IMG/VR virus record: IMGVR_UViG_3300048786_000038 | Location: 1 to 54,186 of that record | Reading direction: 5' to 3' (one strand) | Length of the DNA: 54,186 nucleotides | Origin: a virus | Lineage: Duplodnaviria; Caudoviricetes | Part shown: piece after piece, positions 16,709 to 26,613 of the stretch | How positions within the stretch are numbered: position 1 is the stretch's first letter | How the letters are laid out: each line of letters opens with the position of its first letter | Program-made: the position numbers and the translations under genes | Notes under the pieces: generated by a model | Seen by the model: the letters and a program-made list of their open reading frames with translations, nothing else | What the model was told of the DNA's origin: nothing | The model's database searches: none

Positions 16709-18713
16709 CGGTCTCGCCCCACTTTTCCAGATCACGCACACCTTCGAGCGCATTTCCGAATACGTAGAAGGCCGCCGCCGGATGCCCCCCGATTCTCCAA
16801 TCCCCGGTCTTTGGCGCAACAGCATGACCCCCTACCTTGTGGAGATCATGGACGCCATGGGTCCGCGCTCTCTCATCCAGCACGTCGTCTGCATGTGCTC
16901 GGCGCAAGTCGGAAAGACCGCGGCAGCGGCAAACGTCTGCGGCTATTGGATGGACGAGAAACCCGCGGCGATTCTCTGGATCAGCGGCACACAAACGCTC
17001 TGCCAGAAATGGGCCGAGCATGACCTTGACCCCATGATCGACTCCCTCGGCTTCCGCTATAAGCTGGGCGCGGGCCAGAACTCCCGCCATAAGGGCGACA
17101 AGACGTACAGCAAGGACTACGTGGGCGGCCGCCTCGATATCGGTTCCGCGCAAGCACCCGGAGACCTTGCATCCATGAGCAAGCGCATCCTGATACGCGA
17201 CGAAATCGACCGCGCGCCTACGGAGCTTACAAGCGGAGAAGGCAATTGGCTTGACGTGTCGGAGGCCCGCACTAAAGCCTTCCGCGACAGGGCAAAGATT
17301 TTCGATTGCTCCACGCCAACCGACTATTACGAAAGCGAAATATTCCGCCTCTACACCCTTGGCGATTGCCGAAAGTATATGGTCCCCTGCCCGCATCCCG
17401 AGTGCCAGAAAGAACAGGAACTTGAGTTTGAAGGCGAGGATGAGACGACGCATAGAAAATGGGGCTTGAAGCCTATCCTTGACGCCATGGGTGAATTGGC
17501 CGATGTCGTCTATATCTGCCGCCACTGCGGAGGCGAGATTCACGAATACCATCGAAAAGAGATGCTTGCCCGCGGCCACTGGCAGCCGACAAAGAAGTCA
17601 AGCGATCCGACCATGGTCTCCTATCACATCAGCGCCCTGTACTCTCCGTATGAGATGTACTCCTGGATCAAGCTCTACCGCCACTGGATGGAAGCGCAGA
17701 ACGATCCCGATCGGATGAAGGTTTTCATGAACACCGAGCTCGGCCTACCCTACAAGGATCCCGGCGCACGCCCTGATCTGAAGATCGTCATGAGCCATTC
17801 CGGTGAATACATGCCCGGCGATATCCCCGCAGGCGTTGTCTTCCTAACTATAGGCATGGACGTGCAGGTCGGAAAACAGAGATACGACCATCCTGACGAT
17901 GGCCCGCGCTTGGAAATGGAAGTGCTCGGCCACGGCGAAGGCTATCGGACATGGCAGATCCTCTACCGCAAGTTCTACGGCCCCGTAGATAACCCCGACC
18001 TCGGCGCATGGTCTGATTTCCTGAAATGGTGCGGGGACGCCGACGATGCAATACATAAAACCGTGGGCGCGAACTTCCGAAGGAAAGACGGCGTTATCTT
18101 TCCCGTGTCCCGCATCTTCATAGACTCGGGGGATATCACGGATGTGGTCTATCGATTCTGTTCCCGCGATCCCCTTCTCACCGCATGCAAGGGCGACAAG
18201 TGGACTACCGAGGAAAAGCTTAAAGAGAAAGGCGATATCGCGGGCCCCTCGAATATGATGCACTACCGAAAAAGCAGGATCACAAGCGGCCAGCAGGACC
18301 TCGTTCTCGTCGTCTCTAACTACTACAAAGACGCGCTCTACGGCAGATTGAAAGTGGAGAAAAGGCCGTCACCCCCGCAGCCCGGCGGCTATTGTTCATT
18401 CCCGGAGCGCATCTTTCCGCAATTGAAAGACAAGGCGGGAGCCGAGGCGGACAAGGAATACTACGAGCAATTGAACGCCGAGGAGCGCCGACGGGATGGC
18501 AGCTTTCACAAAGTGCGAAACCGAAACGAGGCCCTTGACGTCCGTGTATACGCGATGGCAGCAGGTGAGTATCATGTCATGGAACGCCTGAAGGAATTGA
18601 AAGAGGCCGCGATGCGAGACAGAATAAGACCTGACTTCGTAGCGGAAATGACCCCCTCATGGCTAATCGCCCGTTGGGCGCAACAGATTTCAGTAGGAGT
18701 AGCAAGACCTTGA
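16662..18713 (+). CDS. Terminase large subunit, GpA family (start approximate)
   Basis: TPYLVEIMD, SAQVGKT, RDEID, STPT, CPHPEC, GMDVQ, IDSG, RNEALDVRVY. Confidence 0.95.
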   Translation: MSLTPEILLKDSQWISGLAPLFQITHTFERISEYVEGRRRMPPDSPIPGLWRNSMTPYLVEIMDAMGPRSLIQHVVCMCSAQVGKTAAAANVCGYWMDEKPAAILWISGTQTLCQKWAEHDLDPMIDSLGFRYKLGAGQNSRHKGDKTYSKDYVGGRLDIGSAQAPGDLASMSKRILIRDEIDRAPTELTSGEGNWLDVSEARTKAFRDRAKIFDCSTPTDYYESEIFRLYTLGDCRKYMVPCPHPECQKEQELEFEGEDETTHRKWGLKPILDAMGELADVVYICRHCGGEIHEYHRKEMLARGHWQPTKKSSDPTMVSYHISALYSPYEMYSWIKLYRHWMEAQNDPDRMKVFMNTELGLPYKDPGARPDLKIVMSHSGEYMPGDIPAGVVFLTIGMDVQVGKQRYDHPDDGPRLEMEVLGHGEGYRTWQILYRKFYGPVDNPDLGAWSDFLKWCGDADDAIHKTVGANFRRKDGVIFPVSRIFIDSGDITDVVYRFCSRDPLLTACKGDKWTTEEKLKEKGDIAGPSNMMHYRKSRITSGQQDLVLVVSNYYKDALYGRLKVEKRPSPPQPGGYCSFPERIFPQLKDKAGAEADKEYYEQLNAEERRRDGSFHKVRNRNEALDVRVYAMAAGEYHVMERLKELKEAAMRDRIRPDFVAEMTPSWLIARWAQQISVGVARP

Positions 18714-18737
18714 CAATCCACGCCGTTATGCTATCCT
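18710..18737 (+). promoter_or_regulatory. sigma70-type promoter, leaderless
   Basis: TTGACA-16-TGcTATCCT-7-GTG(18745). Confidence 0.65.
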
Positions 18738-18744
18738 TTTACCC

Positions 18745-19059
18745 GTGAGTGACCCGCTGGGCACAGATTACGCCCCGCCGTTGCAGTCCCTTGCCCCGAC
18801 GCAGTACCAGCGTTACCTCGCGCTCTATCAGTACTACCTCACCGTAGAATCCAACATCCAGGCGCAGTTGACCGCACGCTCGACAGACCAGCCGATCAAC
18901 GACTATTCTTTCAACGCGGGGGAGGGCCAGCAGAGCACAAAGCGCATGACGCTAAAGGAGCTGATGGACGCGCTGGTCATGGTCGAAGGATTGATCCGCC
19001 ACTACGCTCAGAAAATCTACGGCCGCGGCCTCATGAACCACATGCAGAGGAGAAGGTAA
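18745..19059 (+). CDS. gpW-like head-tail joining protein
   Basis: Follows terL; helix, then YSFNAGEGQQSTKR, then helix. Confidence 0.7.
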   Translation: MSDPLGTDYAPPLQSLAPTQYQRYLALYQYYLTVESNIQAQLTARSTDQPINDYSFNAGEGQQSTKRMTLKELMDALVMVEGLIRHYAQKIYGRGLMNHMQRRR

Positions 19060-19310
19060 TGACCGATAAACAGAAAATCGCGGACCTCGAAAAGCGCGTG
19101 AAGGACCTGGAAGCGCGGCCCGTGTTCGTCCCGATCATCGTTCATCCGCCCCATTTCGATTGCGTCCCGATCCCCGTCAATCCGTGGCCCGGTTACCCGC
19201 ATCCCTACATTGGCGACTGGCCCTTTGTTCCATTCGCGAACATCTCCGCCTCTCCGCGCGGTGACTTCACGACATTCAGCGTCACCTGTGGGGCAGGATC
19301 GCTTTCATGA
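19059..19310 (+). CDS. Pro-rich hypothetical protein
   Basis: Translationally coupled ORF. Confidence 0.55.
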   Translation: MTDKQKIADLEKRVKDLEARPVFVPIIVHPPHFDCVPIPVNPWPGYPHPYIGDWPFVPFANISASPRGDFTTFSVTCGAGSLS

Positions 19311-19597
19311 ATCCCGTGGCCCCTCGCACGCGCGTGCATGTCACCTGCAAGGACATCACCGAAGGCGCAGGCCCCGGCACGATGCCCGAGGTCATCGAGG
19401 TTTGCACGTTCGGCAAACGCCTTGTCAACGAGATGGGCACGTGGGAGTTCAACCGCACAACCATCGAGGACATAGAGGATGCGATCGTCGCCGCCGGCTT
19501 CCGTTCGGGTGTGCGCACGGCACGCGTCACCGTCCAGCGTGTAGTCGAAGGCGGGATCGGCCGCACCGTTCTCACCGCGAAACTGGGGTATGTATGA
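19307..19597 (+). CDS. Hypothetical protein
   Basis: ATGA overlaps. Confidence 0.55.
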   Translation: MNPVAPRTRVHVTCKDITEGAGPGTMPEVIEVCTFGKRLVNEMGTWEFNRTTIEDIEDAIVAAGFRSGVRTARVTVQRVVEGGIGRTVLTAKLGYV

Positions 19598-19803
19598 CGA
19601 CAAACAGCGCGCAATCATTCGGCTACGATATCCCCTCTGATGTGACCGCCAATGAATGCATGACTATCTCCGAGTGCTCTCTTTGTAAGGTTTGGACCAA
19701 GCCGAATCTTCGAACGCGCATCACCATGTGGATGGCCCGCATCGGCATCGGCGTGCGCCGTTTCAAGAATAGCGACGATCTTTTCGTGGAGCTCAATAAA
19801 TGA
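19594..19803 (+). CDS. Hypothetical protein
   Basis: ATGA overlaps. Confidence 0.45.
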   Translation: MTTNSAQSFGYDIPSDVTANECMTISECSLCKVWTKPNLRTRITMWMARIGIGVRRFKNSDDLFVELNK

Positions 19804-19976
19804 ACGAAGCCCTTAAATCCTGCCCTTGCTGCGGAAGCTCCAACGTGCACGATGCCATGGGTGTTCCTTCTGACGAGGGTTCCGAGTGGCGCGTTCTCTG
19901 TTGGTCTTGCGGCCTTTCGACGCGACGCTGCTCCACCGAAGCTGAGGCAGTAGCCGCATGGAACCAAAGGCCATGA
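19800..19976 (+). CDS. Lar-like (restriction alleviation) Zn-finger protein
   Basis: Read manually: LKSCPCCGS...VLCWSCG...EAEAVAAWNQR. Confidence 0.7.
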   Translation: MNEALKSCPCCGSSNVHDAMGVPSDEGSEWRVLCWSCGLSTRRCSTEAEAVAAWNQRP

Positions 19977-20236
19977 TCGGAATCCGTGAGTTCCCGACGA
20001 TTACCACGGAGGACCTCATGGGCGTGTCCTTCGAAGGCCATCCCGCGAAACTCCCGATCACCTCCCTCTACGGCCACCCGGCGGCCGCATACCTTCACAG
20101 CATCAACCTCCACATGAAAGCGGCCATCGAGCGCGCAATCATGGACCTCGGCTACCACTACGGCGTGAGCGGCGCCGCCCTCGAATGGCGCGGGAGTGCT
20201 CTTGTTGTGCGCATCCGCTACAGGGGCCGTGCATGA
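19973..20236 (+). CDS. Hypothetical protein
   Basis: ATGA overlaps. Confidence 0.5.
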   Translation: MIGIREFPTITTEDLMGVSFEGHPAKLPITSLYGHPAAAYLHSINLHMKAAIERAIMDLGYHYGVSGAALEWRGSALVVRIRYRGRA

Positions 20237-20481
20237 GCCGACACGTAGAAACTCGAAAACCGACAGAGCCATGGTTCAAGAGATTCGGTCAGTTCATTGC
20301 GTGCCTATGGGCGTGTGTCTGGAATCCTGATCTCCGTTTTGAGGACGGGACACGGGAACGCGCCGTCCGATCACTCTACTGGACATTCGCAAAGCAGACC
20401 GATCTTTTCTGGCGTACGAAATACGTTTGGTATGACGGCGGAATTGCAGAAATGTTCAGGGATTTAGATGCCAATCCGTGA
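20233..20481 (+). CDS. Hypothetical protein
   Basis: ATGA overlap; overlaps the portal start. Confidence 0.5.
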   Translation: MSRHVETRKPTEPWFKRFGQFIACLWACVWNPDLRFEDGTRERAVRSLYWTFAKQTDLFWRTKYVWYDGGIAEMFRDLDANP

Positions 20482-22237
20482 GCGCCTGCGCACCGAGGCC
20501 ATAGAGTCCGCGAAGCTGCGCGCCGAACTTGCCGCACGCCACGAGGAACAGGCCACGCGCATGCAGTCAGCCGCAGGCGCCGGCGGCAGCATGTACTGGG
20601 GCGGTGTTGCACGCGCGCAAGGTGCAAAGTTCCCCGGCGGCCTTTCGCGCTCTACAGGCAATCGCCTCTGGATTCACTGGGGCTTGCGGCAGAACGCCCG
20701 CGATATCGTCGAGGACAGCGTCCACGCCTATGCCATGGTCAAGCGCGACGCAGATACCGTCATCGACAGCGGTCTGAAGATACAGCCCACCCCGAACGCC
20801 GCAATCCTCGGAATCACCGAAGAGGAAGCTGACAAGTGGGCACTTGAAGTGCACGAGCTTGTCACACTCTGGGCGGAATCGAAGGACCAGTGCCGCAGCG
20901 GGCAGTTCAACTTCAACGAGATCGAGCACATGGTGCAAGGCTCGATGATCCGCGACAACGACTTTTTTCTCCGCCTGTACTACGCGCAGGACCCCAAGCT
21001 CCTGAATCCCTGCCAGTTCGAGTTGATCGACCCCAACCAGATCCGCGGTGACGCGGTGACCTCCGCCGTGCTCCCGCTTCCCATGTTCAACGACGGCATC
21101 GTACGTGATTCCAAAGGCCGCGAGACAAGCTACAAAATCTGGACCCTTCCCCTCGACAGCAACAGCTACTACGAGGAAGTGGAAATCCCGCGCATGGGCG
21201 AGAAATCCAAGCGCATCTTCATGATCCACGGCTACCACGCGGAATATCCGGGGCAGGGCCGCGGCTACTCACAGCTTGGCATCACGATGCAGGAATGGCA
21301 GGAGGTCGAGAACTACCTGCTGGCCGAGGTCAAGAAGGCCATCGCGCAATCACAGCATCCGCTTGCCGTCGAGAACATTCAGCAGAACCCGTCGAACTTC
21401 CTTGAGCAGATCGGCCGCACGCCCGCAGGCCCCCAGAACATGCTCGGCGCATCAACCCCGATCCCCGGCGGCGTGGCGGTGGCCGGTTCATTTGTCAACG
21501 AGCCGCTTGCCGTGACCCAGCTCGAGGAGGCCGCATTCGACACCCCCGGGTCGTCGTACATCCTGAACCTCGAAAAAGGCGATCAGATCAAGATGTTGCA
21601 ATCGACCGCGCCGAACCCGCAGTTCGAGGCATTCGTCGATGCGATCCTAACCGGCCTGCTGGCCGCGCACGGCATGCCGCTGGAATGGTTCAAGCAGAAG
21701 TTCGAGGCCTCCTACTCCGCCGCCCGTGGTATGCTCATGGCGTACTGGCGCGTGGTGGAAATGAAGCGCAAATGGATCGACACGAACCTCATCGCCATCG
21801 TCTACGAGATGCTCCTCTCCTGCTGGATCGCAAGCGGCCGCATATCGTGCCCCGGCTGGAATGACCCGATCATGAAAGCCGCATGGCTTTCGCATGTGTG
21901 CATCGGAACCCCGCCCGTGCAGATCGACCCCGAGAGGGATGCGGCGGGCGAAAAGGCATGGCTTGAAATGTCGGCAACCGACGGCCGCCGCGTGGCACAC
22001 GAGCACAACGGAAGCGACTACGCGAAGAACGTCGCGATCAACACCAAAGACTTCCCCGTGCTCCCGATACCGCCGTGGGAGCAGAAAATAACCGTGCAGG
22101 CGACAACCGCCGAGGAATCGGAGGCGAAAGCCGCCGACCAGGCGAAACAGGATCTTGCCGTGGCAAAGGCCGCAGGCGGCCCCCCGCAGAACGGCAATGG
22201 CAAACCCAAGGCTGAACTTCTGGAGGTGAGACCGTGA
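20468..22237 (+). CDS. Portal protein, lambda family
   Basis: LRQNARD, PGQGRGYSQL, ASYSAARG, QIDPERD. Confidence 0.93.
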   Translation: MPIRERLRTEAIESAKLRAELAARHEEQATRMQSAAGAGGSMYWGGVARAQGAKFPGGLSRSTGNRLWIHWGLRQNARDIVEDSVHAYAMVKRDADTVIDSGLKIQPTPNAAILGITEEEADKWALEVHELVTLWAESKDQCRSGQFNFNEIEHMVQGSMIRDNDFFLRLYYAQDPKLLNPCQFELIDPNQIRGDAVTSAVLPLPMFNDGIVRDSKGRETSYKIWTLPLDSNSYYEEVEIPRMGEKSKRIFMIHGYHAEYPGQGRGYSQLGITMQEWQEVENYLLAEVKKAIAQSQHPLAVENIQQNPSNFLEQIGRTPAGPQNMLGASTPIPGGVAVAGSFVNEPLAVTQLEEAAFDTPGSSYILNLEKGDQIKMLQSTAPNPQFEAFVDAILTGLLAAHGMPLEWFKQKFEASYSAARGMLMAYWRVVEMKRKWIDTNLIAIVYEMLLSCWIASGRISCPGWNDPIMKAAWLSHVCIGTPPVQIDPERDAAGEKAWLEMSATDGRRVAHEHNGSDYAKNVAINTKDFPVLPIPPWEQKITVQATTAEESEAKAADQAKQDLAVAKAAGGPPQNGNGKPKAELLEVRP

Positions 22238-22899
22238 AGCTCGCACTTTGCTTTCCCGCAGTGAGTATTGACCCTGAATGGTTTTCCAATTGCCTCATGC
22301 CGTTTCTCATGTATTGCTCGCAGAAGGGCATCGAACTTGAGATGACGGTGAACGGCAAAAAGGGAAACATGTCCATTGTCCGCGAGTGCATGGTTGCAGG
22401 CGGCATGGAGCAGATCAACGATTTCTCGATCACCGCCCCATGGAACGGCAAGCGCGATTACGACTACATGTTCTGGGTCGACAGCGATGTGTACTTTTCC
22501 CCCGCCGACTTCGAGCGCCTGCTTGCCCATGACAAGGATATCGTGAGCGGTGTCTATGCCATGATGCACGGCTACAACGAGAACAAGGAATTGCTGATCA
22601 GCATGTCGGCCGCCGACCTCACGAACAACCTCTACGGCGCCGATGCGCACGGCATGCAGAAAGCGCTATGGTTCGGCTTCGGCTTCTGCCTGATCAAGCG
22701 TGGGGTGTTCGAGAAAATCGAGCGCCCATGGTTTCCCACCGAGAAGCGCATAATGGCGGGCAAGCCCGGCGTGTCGGGTGAGGATATCTGTTTCTGCCTG
22801 AAAGCAGGCGAGGCGGGATTTGACCTCTGGGTCGATTGCTCGCTGCGCCTTCCGCACAAAAAGGAAATCTTCGTATTCCTACCCCCGGAGGCAACGTGA
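22234..22899 (+). CDS. Glycosyltransferase (GT-A fold)
   Basis: YDYMFWVDSD (DxD), DIVSGVY, GFGFCLIKRGVFE, GEDICFC. Confidence 0.85.
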   Translation: MKLALCFPAVSIDPEWFSNCLMPFLMYCSQKGIELEMTVNGKKGNMSIVRECMVAGGMEQINDFSITAPWNGKRDYDYMFWVDSDVYFSPADFERLLAHDKDIVSGVYAMMHGYNENKELLISMSAADLTNNLYGADAHGMQKALWFGFGFCLIKRGVFEKIERPWFPTEKRIMAGKPGVSGEDICFCLKAGEAGFDLWVDCSLRLPHKKEIFVFLPPEAT

Positions 22900-22900
22900 A

Positions 22901-23221
22901 ATGGAGAAGCCGAAAACGACGCAAGGCATCCTTGACGCACTCTGGTATGCCGTTGTTGGTTTGAACGAAAAAGATGGATTGATCGGAGTGTCAAGGCAAC
23001 TACGAGATGACATGGTAATTCTCAAGGCGAACGCCCCGCTGCTATGGACGCGCGCCGAACATTACAAGGAACGCCATGCGGATGAAGACAGGATTGAATC
23101 GAAAACCGAAGAAAAGAAAAACGAACAGACCCAACATTCCATGTCTGCCGCAACATGGGTGGCATCCGCCGTCGCAATATGCGCGCTGATCGTCGCGGTG
23201 ATTGCCATGGTGAAGAGGTGA
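22901..23221 (+). CDS. Protein with a C-terminal TM segment (possibly lysis-associated)
   Basis: C-terminal hydrophobic helix; precedes the endolysin candidate. Confidence 0.5.
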   Translation: MEKPKTTQGILDALWYAVVGLNEKDGLIGVSRQLRDDMVILKANAPLLWTRAEHYKERHADEDRIESKTEEKKNEQTQHSMSAATWVASAVAICALIVAVIAMVKR

Positions 23222-23225
23222 AGAA

Positions 23226-23765
23226 ATGAGCCTGAAAATCATCGTCATCCGCTCTCGCCTCTCACTTTCCTATATGCGCGATCCCGCGAAGCCCGCGGCG
23301 TATGACAATAACGACGGCAACAACTCCCTCGACCAGTTCACGCTCTTCGACGGGGATACCCCGCTTTTCTCCTGCCGCGCGCAGACGGTCTCCAACCTTG
23401 AAGGCCTTGATGCGGGCGTGCATTACATGGATACCGTTGCGCCTGGTCCCTTCACCCTTGACTTTCAGGTTCCCCCGCGCGCCTTCCAATGCAAGCCCAA
23501 TGGCATCTGCAATACGAAAACGCTGGCGGGCGACATCATCGGCGCCGACTGCACGACGCTCACGAATAAAAGCCGCTGGCTCAACCACGACTGGGAGTTT
23601 CCTGCCGGCAGCGGACACCCGCCCGGGCAGGATACGCGCGTAGCGTGGAGCGCGGGGTGCTTCGTTGTCCCCGACCTGGACCTGCGCAAGTTCAACGCTA
23701 CCCTGATAAATCTCGGTATTCAACCCGGCGATCTAATCGACGGGATTCTTGAGATGGAGGCATAG
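23226..23765 (+). CDS. Candidate endolysin, L,D-peptidase (YkuD-like)
   Basis: H...WSAGCFV His/Cys motif; holin-like neighbours. Confidence 0.55.
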   Translation: MSLKIIVIRSRLSLSYMRDPAKPAAYDNNDGNNSLDQFTLFDGDTPLFSCRAQTVSNLEGLDAGVHYMDTVAPGPFTLDFQVPPRAFQCKPNGICNTKTLAGDIIGADCTTLTNKSRWLNHDWEFPAGSGHPPGQDTRVAWSAGCFVVPDLDLRKFNATLINLGIQPGDLIDGILEMEA

Positions 23766-23767
23766 GA

Positions 23768-24019
23768 ATGGGAATCATCCAGACAATTGAAGGCGACCTG
23801 GGGAAGCTTTTTGGCTTCCTTCGCAAAGAGGAAAAGGCACTGATGGCCGAAATCGTCGGCGAACTGAAAGCCCTGCGTGCCGACGTGGACGCCCTGAAAG
23901 GCAAGCCGCCAGCGGTTGCCCCCGCGCCGGCCCCTGCCCCCGCAGCGACGCCCGAGCCTGTAGCGGTTGCCCCCGCTCCGGAGCCCGCTCCCGTTGAACC
24001 GGCGGCCCCCGAGAAATGA
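23768..24019 (+). CDS. Small protein with a Pro/Ala-rich tail
   Basis: Shine-Dalgarno and coupling; internal AVAPAP repeat. Confidence 0.6.
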   Translation: MGIIQTIEGDLGKLFGFLRKEEKALMAEIVGELKALRADVDALKGKPPAVAPAPAPAPAATPEPVAVAPAPEPAPVEPAAPEK

Positions 24020-24273
24020 GCGTCCTGCTTCTCATTCTCAAGACCATCGGCGACTTCTTTCTCGATTCCAAAGGAGACGGGGACCCCATGCGCTCTCTCG
24101 GGGTCCTCGCCTTCGCTTTTTTCGTGGTCATGCTTTTCCAGCGTCAGGTCTGGTGGGAACCCGCCGGCTGCGCCGTGATCTCCCTTTCGTTCTTCGTTCT
24201 CTCCATCTGGCATGATCGAAGGCCGGTAAAAAAAACGCCGCCCGATCCTACGCAGGGAGTGCCACGGTCATGA
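24016..24273 (+). CDS. Holin-like membrane protein
   Basis: Hydrophobic segments and a charged C-terminus. Confidence 0.55.
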   Translation: MSVLLLILKTIGDFFLDSKGDGDPMRSLGVLAFAFFVVMLFQRQVWWEPAGCAVISLSFFVLSIWHDRRPVKKTPPDPTQGVPRS

Positions 24274-24503
24274 GCGACGTACCGCGCTTGCCGCCGGTCG
24301 GGGCGATCCATGACGGTGACGGCAACGTGTCAAGCAAGCGCCTAGAGTCTTTCATCGGCCTTGCCGCGGCGATCCTCTGCGCGGGTGTCGGCTACGCGAT
24401 CAAAGAGACCGTACTTACCCCCGTGCTTGTCGGGGCGTTCCTCGGCTACAGCATGAGCATGCAAGGCGTGAGCGCATACGCGGAAAGGAACATGATGCGA
24501 TGA
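24270..24503 (+). CDS. Holin-like membrane protein
   Basis: DGDGNVSSKRL followed by two TM segments. Confidence 0.6.
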   Translation: MSDVPRLPPVGAIHDGDGNVSSKRLESFIGLAAAILCAGVGYAIKETVLTPVLVGAFLGYSMSMQGVSAYAERNMMR

Positions 24504-25228
24504 AACCCGCGGCCCGCGCGATCCTCATCCTCTCCGCGCTGCTCGCCGTCTCTGTCGGCTGGATCATCTATTCCGCGGTCCATGGCGACGCTGCGCTGAA
24601 AAAGGCGCAGACGGCAGTTGAGGCGGCGCAAGCGGAGAATGTCACGCTCAAGGCCGACAACGCCGCGCTTACCGCGTCGACCGCCAAGCAGGACGCGCTG
24701 TCGAAAGCGGACAAGGCTACCATCGCCGAGCAAGGCACGTTGATTGCCACGCTGAAAGCACAAAGCGGGCAGGGGCACACTATCGCCGCGGCGGCCGTAT
24801 CCGAAGGCGCGGACCTCGAGACCACGTACAAGGCAGGCGCGCCCGTAGTAGAGCAGATTGCCGTCCTCTCGCTCACCTACTGGTACGTGCTGATGGGCGT
24901 AAAGATCGCCCCCGTGCTCGCATCGGTTGCATCCTTCTCCGATCTCATCGACGCGCAAAACGGTACGATCCTTTCCTTTGCGACTACCGTTACCACGCTC
25001 ACCGACAGCAACACCGCGCGGCAGACGGCCATCGACGCCGACAAGGTGACAGAGGCGGGCATGCAAGGCACGATTGATTCTCAGGCGCTTCACCTCACGA
25101 CCGCCGATACGAGCATCAAGACCGCCGAGTTCCGCGTGCACCTGTTCGAGGGCTTGACCATAGGATTCGCCGTAACCACCGGCGCCCTGCTCCTCTACGA
25201 AGGCGGCCATGCCTTGAAGGTGTGGTGA
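24500..25228 (+). CDS. Spanin-like coiled-coil membrane protein
   Basis: N-terminal TM, Ala-rich coiled coil, C-terminal TM. Confidence 0.5.
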   Translation: MKPAARAILILSALLAVSVGWIIYSAVHGDAALKKAQTAVEAAQAENVTLKADNAALTASTAKQDALSKADKATIAEQGTLIATLKAQSGQGHTIAAAAVSEGADLETTYKAGAPVVEQIAVLSLTYWYVLMGVKIAPVLASVASFSDLIDAQNGTILSFATTVTTLTDSNTARQTAIDADKVTEAGMQGTIDSQALHLTTADTSIKTAEFRVHLFEGLTIGFAVTTGALLLYEGGHALKVW

Positions 25229-25410
25229 TGAGCGCGCCAATCCGTCTGCTACCAGGGCAGACCCCCGGATACGCCCCGTCGCCGTACGCGCCTGCGCGCA
25301 TGTGGCAGGCGGCGACCACGAACTGGATCCCCTATGCGATTGCGGGCTTGAAGATGCACGCCAAGTTTTCCATACAACACCCGGCGATTGCTTTCACGGT
25401 GGAGCAGTAG
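25228..25410 (+). CDS. Hypothetical protein
   Basis: Translationally coupled ORF. Confidence 0.4.
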   Translation: MSAPIRLLPGQTPGYAPSPYAPARMWQAATTNWIPYAIAGLKMHAKFSIQHPAIAFTVEQ

Positions 25411-25412
25411 CG

Positions 25413-25769
25413 ATGATGAACCTTGGCGCATCCCTGTACGCGATCTCGCAGGGAACATTCGTCATCAACGCCGCATTCTTCGACGAAAACGGCGCCCCCG
25501 CGACTCCTATCTCCGCAAGCTGGACGCTCACCGACATCAACGGCACCGTGCAGAACTCCCGCTTGAACGTCGTCATATCCCCGATCGCGCAAGCCGTGCA
25601 GATCGTGCTCTCGGGTGCCGACATCAACTATGGCGCATCCGCATCGCATCAGCGCACCCTCACGCTCACCGCACTCTACGTGTCCTCGCTTTCGGTGACC
25701 CCGCTTCCGCTTGTCGACTCCTGCACCTTCTATGTCGCGAATCCCATTACAGGGAACATCGGCCCATGA
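25413..25769 (+). CDS. Small beta-rich virion-associated protein
   Basis: FFDENGAPATPISASWTL; beta-sandwich-like pattern. Confidence 0.55.
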   Translation: MMNLGASLYAISQGTFVINAAFFDENGAPATPISASWTLTDINGTVQNSRLNVVISPIAQAVQIVLSGADINYGASASHQRTLTLTALYVSSLSVTPLPLVDSCTFYVANPITGNIGP

Positions 25770-26452
25770 TCGCCTGCCCCCGCTGCCGCCATGAATTGAA
25801 GCTCCGCGCCGATACCAACGAATGGGCGTGCGCAAGCTGTGCCTTTACACTGGTAGCGGGATTGCATGCAGCCTCATCATCCGAGAAGGGGCCCTATCTC
25901 GGCGATCAGCTCATGAGAAACGCGGGACATGATTGCGATATCGAATGGTCCCCCGATCACGAAGAGCCGCGCCTCAATTGCTGGATGGACATCCGAACCG
26001 GCCCCGACGGGACCGAGGAACTTCACTACATGCTCGGCGATGCCGACTACATCCAGGACCACATCTACGACGACTGGGTGAACGGTGGACACTTCTACCG
26101 CTACGCATGGACGGCCGAGAACCAGATCATCATACAGGACGGCCTCACGCTCCTCAATCATATTGCTACCGCGGTGCACGAAACGCACGAGCGCTACCGC
26201 ATGAAGTACCTCGGCTGGCGCTACGAGCGGGCGCACGCAAGCGCACGGGTGATCGAGCGGGCTATTCGCAACCTTGCACTTGAAAAAGGCACCGTGATCC
26301 CGAATACCGCCGACATCGAGCACATGCTTGTCATGGAAGGCCAGGGCATGGATTGCCTCGACCTTGCAAAGGATCTATTCGAAAAAGAAGGCGAGAAAGC
26401 GACCGCCGCAACGAAGCAGGCCAACGCGACAAAGGTGGACCCGAAGGCATGA
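25766..26452 (+). CDS. Zn-ribbon protein with a possible metal-binding HExxE domain
   Basis: CPRC...CASC; GGHFYRY, HETHER...YERAH. Confidence 0.55.
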   Translation: MIACPRCRHELKLRADTNEWACASCAFTLVAGLHAASSSEKGPYLGDQLMRNAGHDCDIEWSPDHEEPRLNCWMDIRTGPDGTEELHYMLGDADYIQDHIYDDWVNGGHFYRYAWTAENQIIIQDGLTLLNHIATAVHETHERYRMKYLGWRYERAHASARVIERAIRNLALEKGTVIPNTADIEHMLVMEGQGMDCLDLAKDLFEKEGEKATAATKQANATKVDPKA

Positions 26453-26613
26453 CCGCAGAAGAGATCAAGGAAATCCGCGACCGCCTTGGTTTGTCACAGC
26501 GTGACCTTGCTCAGCGCCTCGGTGTTGCGAAGTCCACCGTGCAATTCTGGGAGCAGGGACGCGGGCAACCGAAAAGGCAGACTGAAGATACTCTGAAAAA
26601 TCTCAACGAATAG
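26449..26613 (+). CDS. XRE-family HTH regulator
   Basis: IRDRLGLSQRDLAQRLGVAKSTVQFWEQG. Confidence 0.88.
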   Translation: MTAEEIKEIRDRLGLSQRDLAQRLGVAKSTVQFWEQGRGQPKRQTEDTLKNLNE

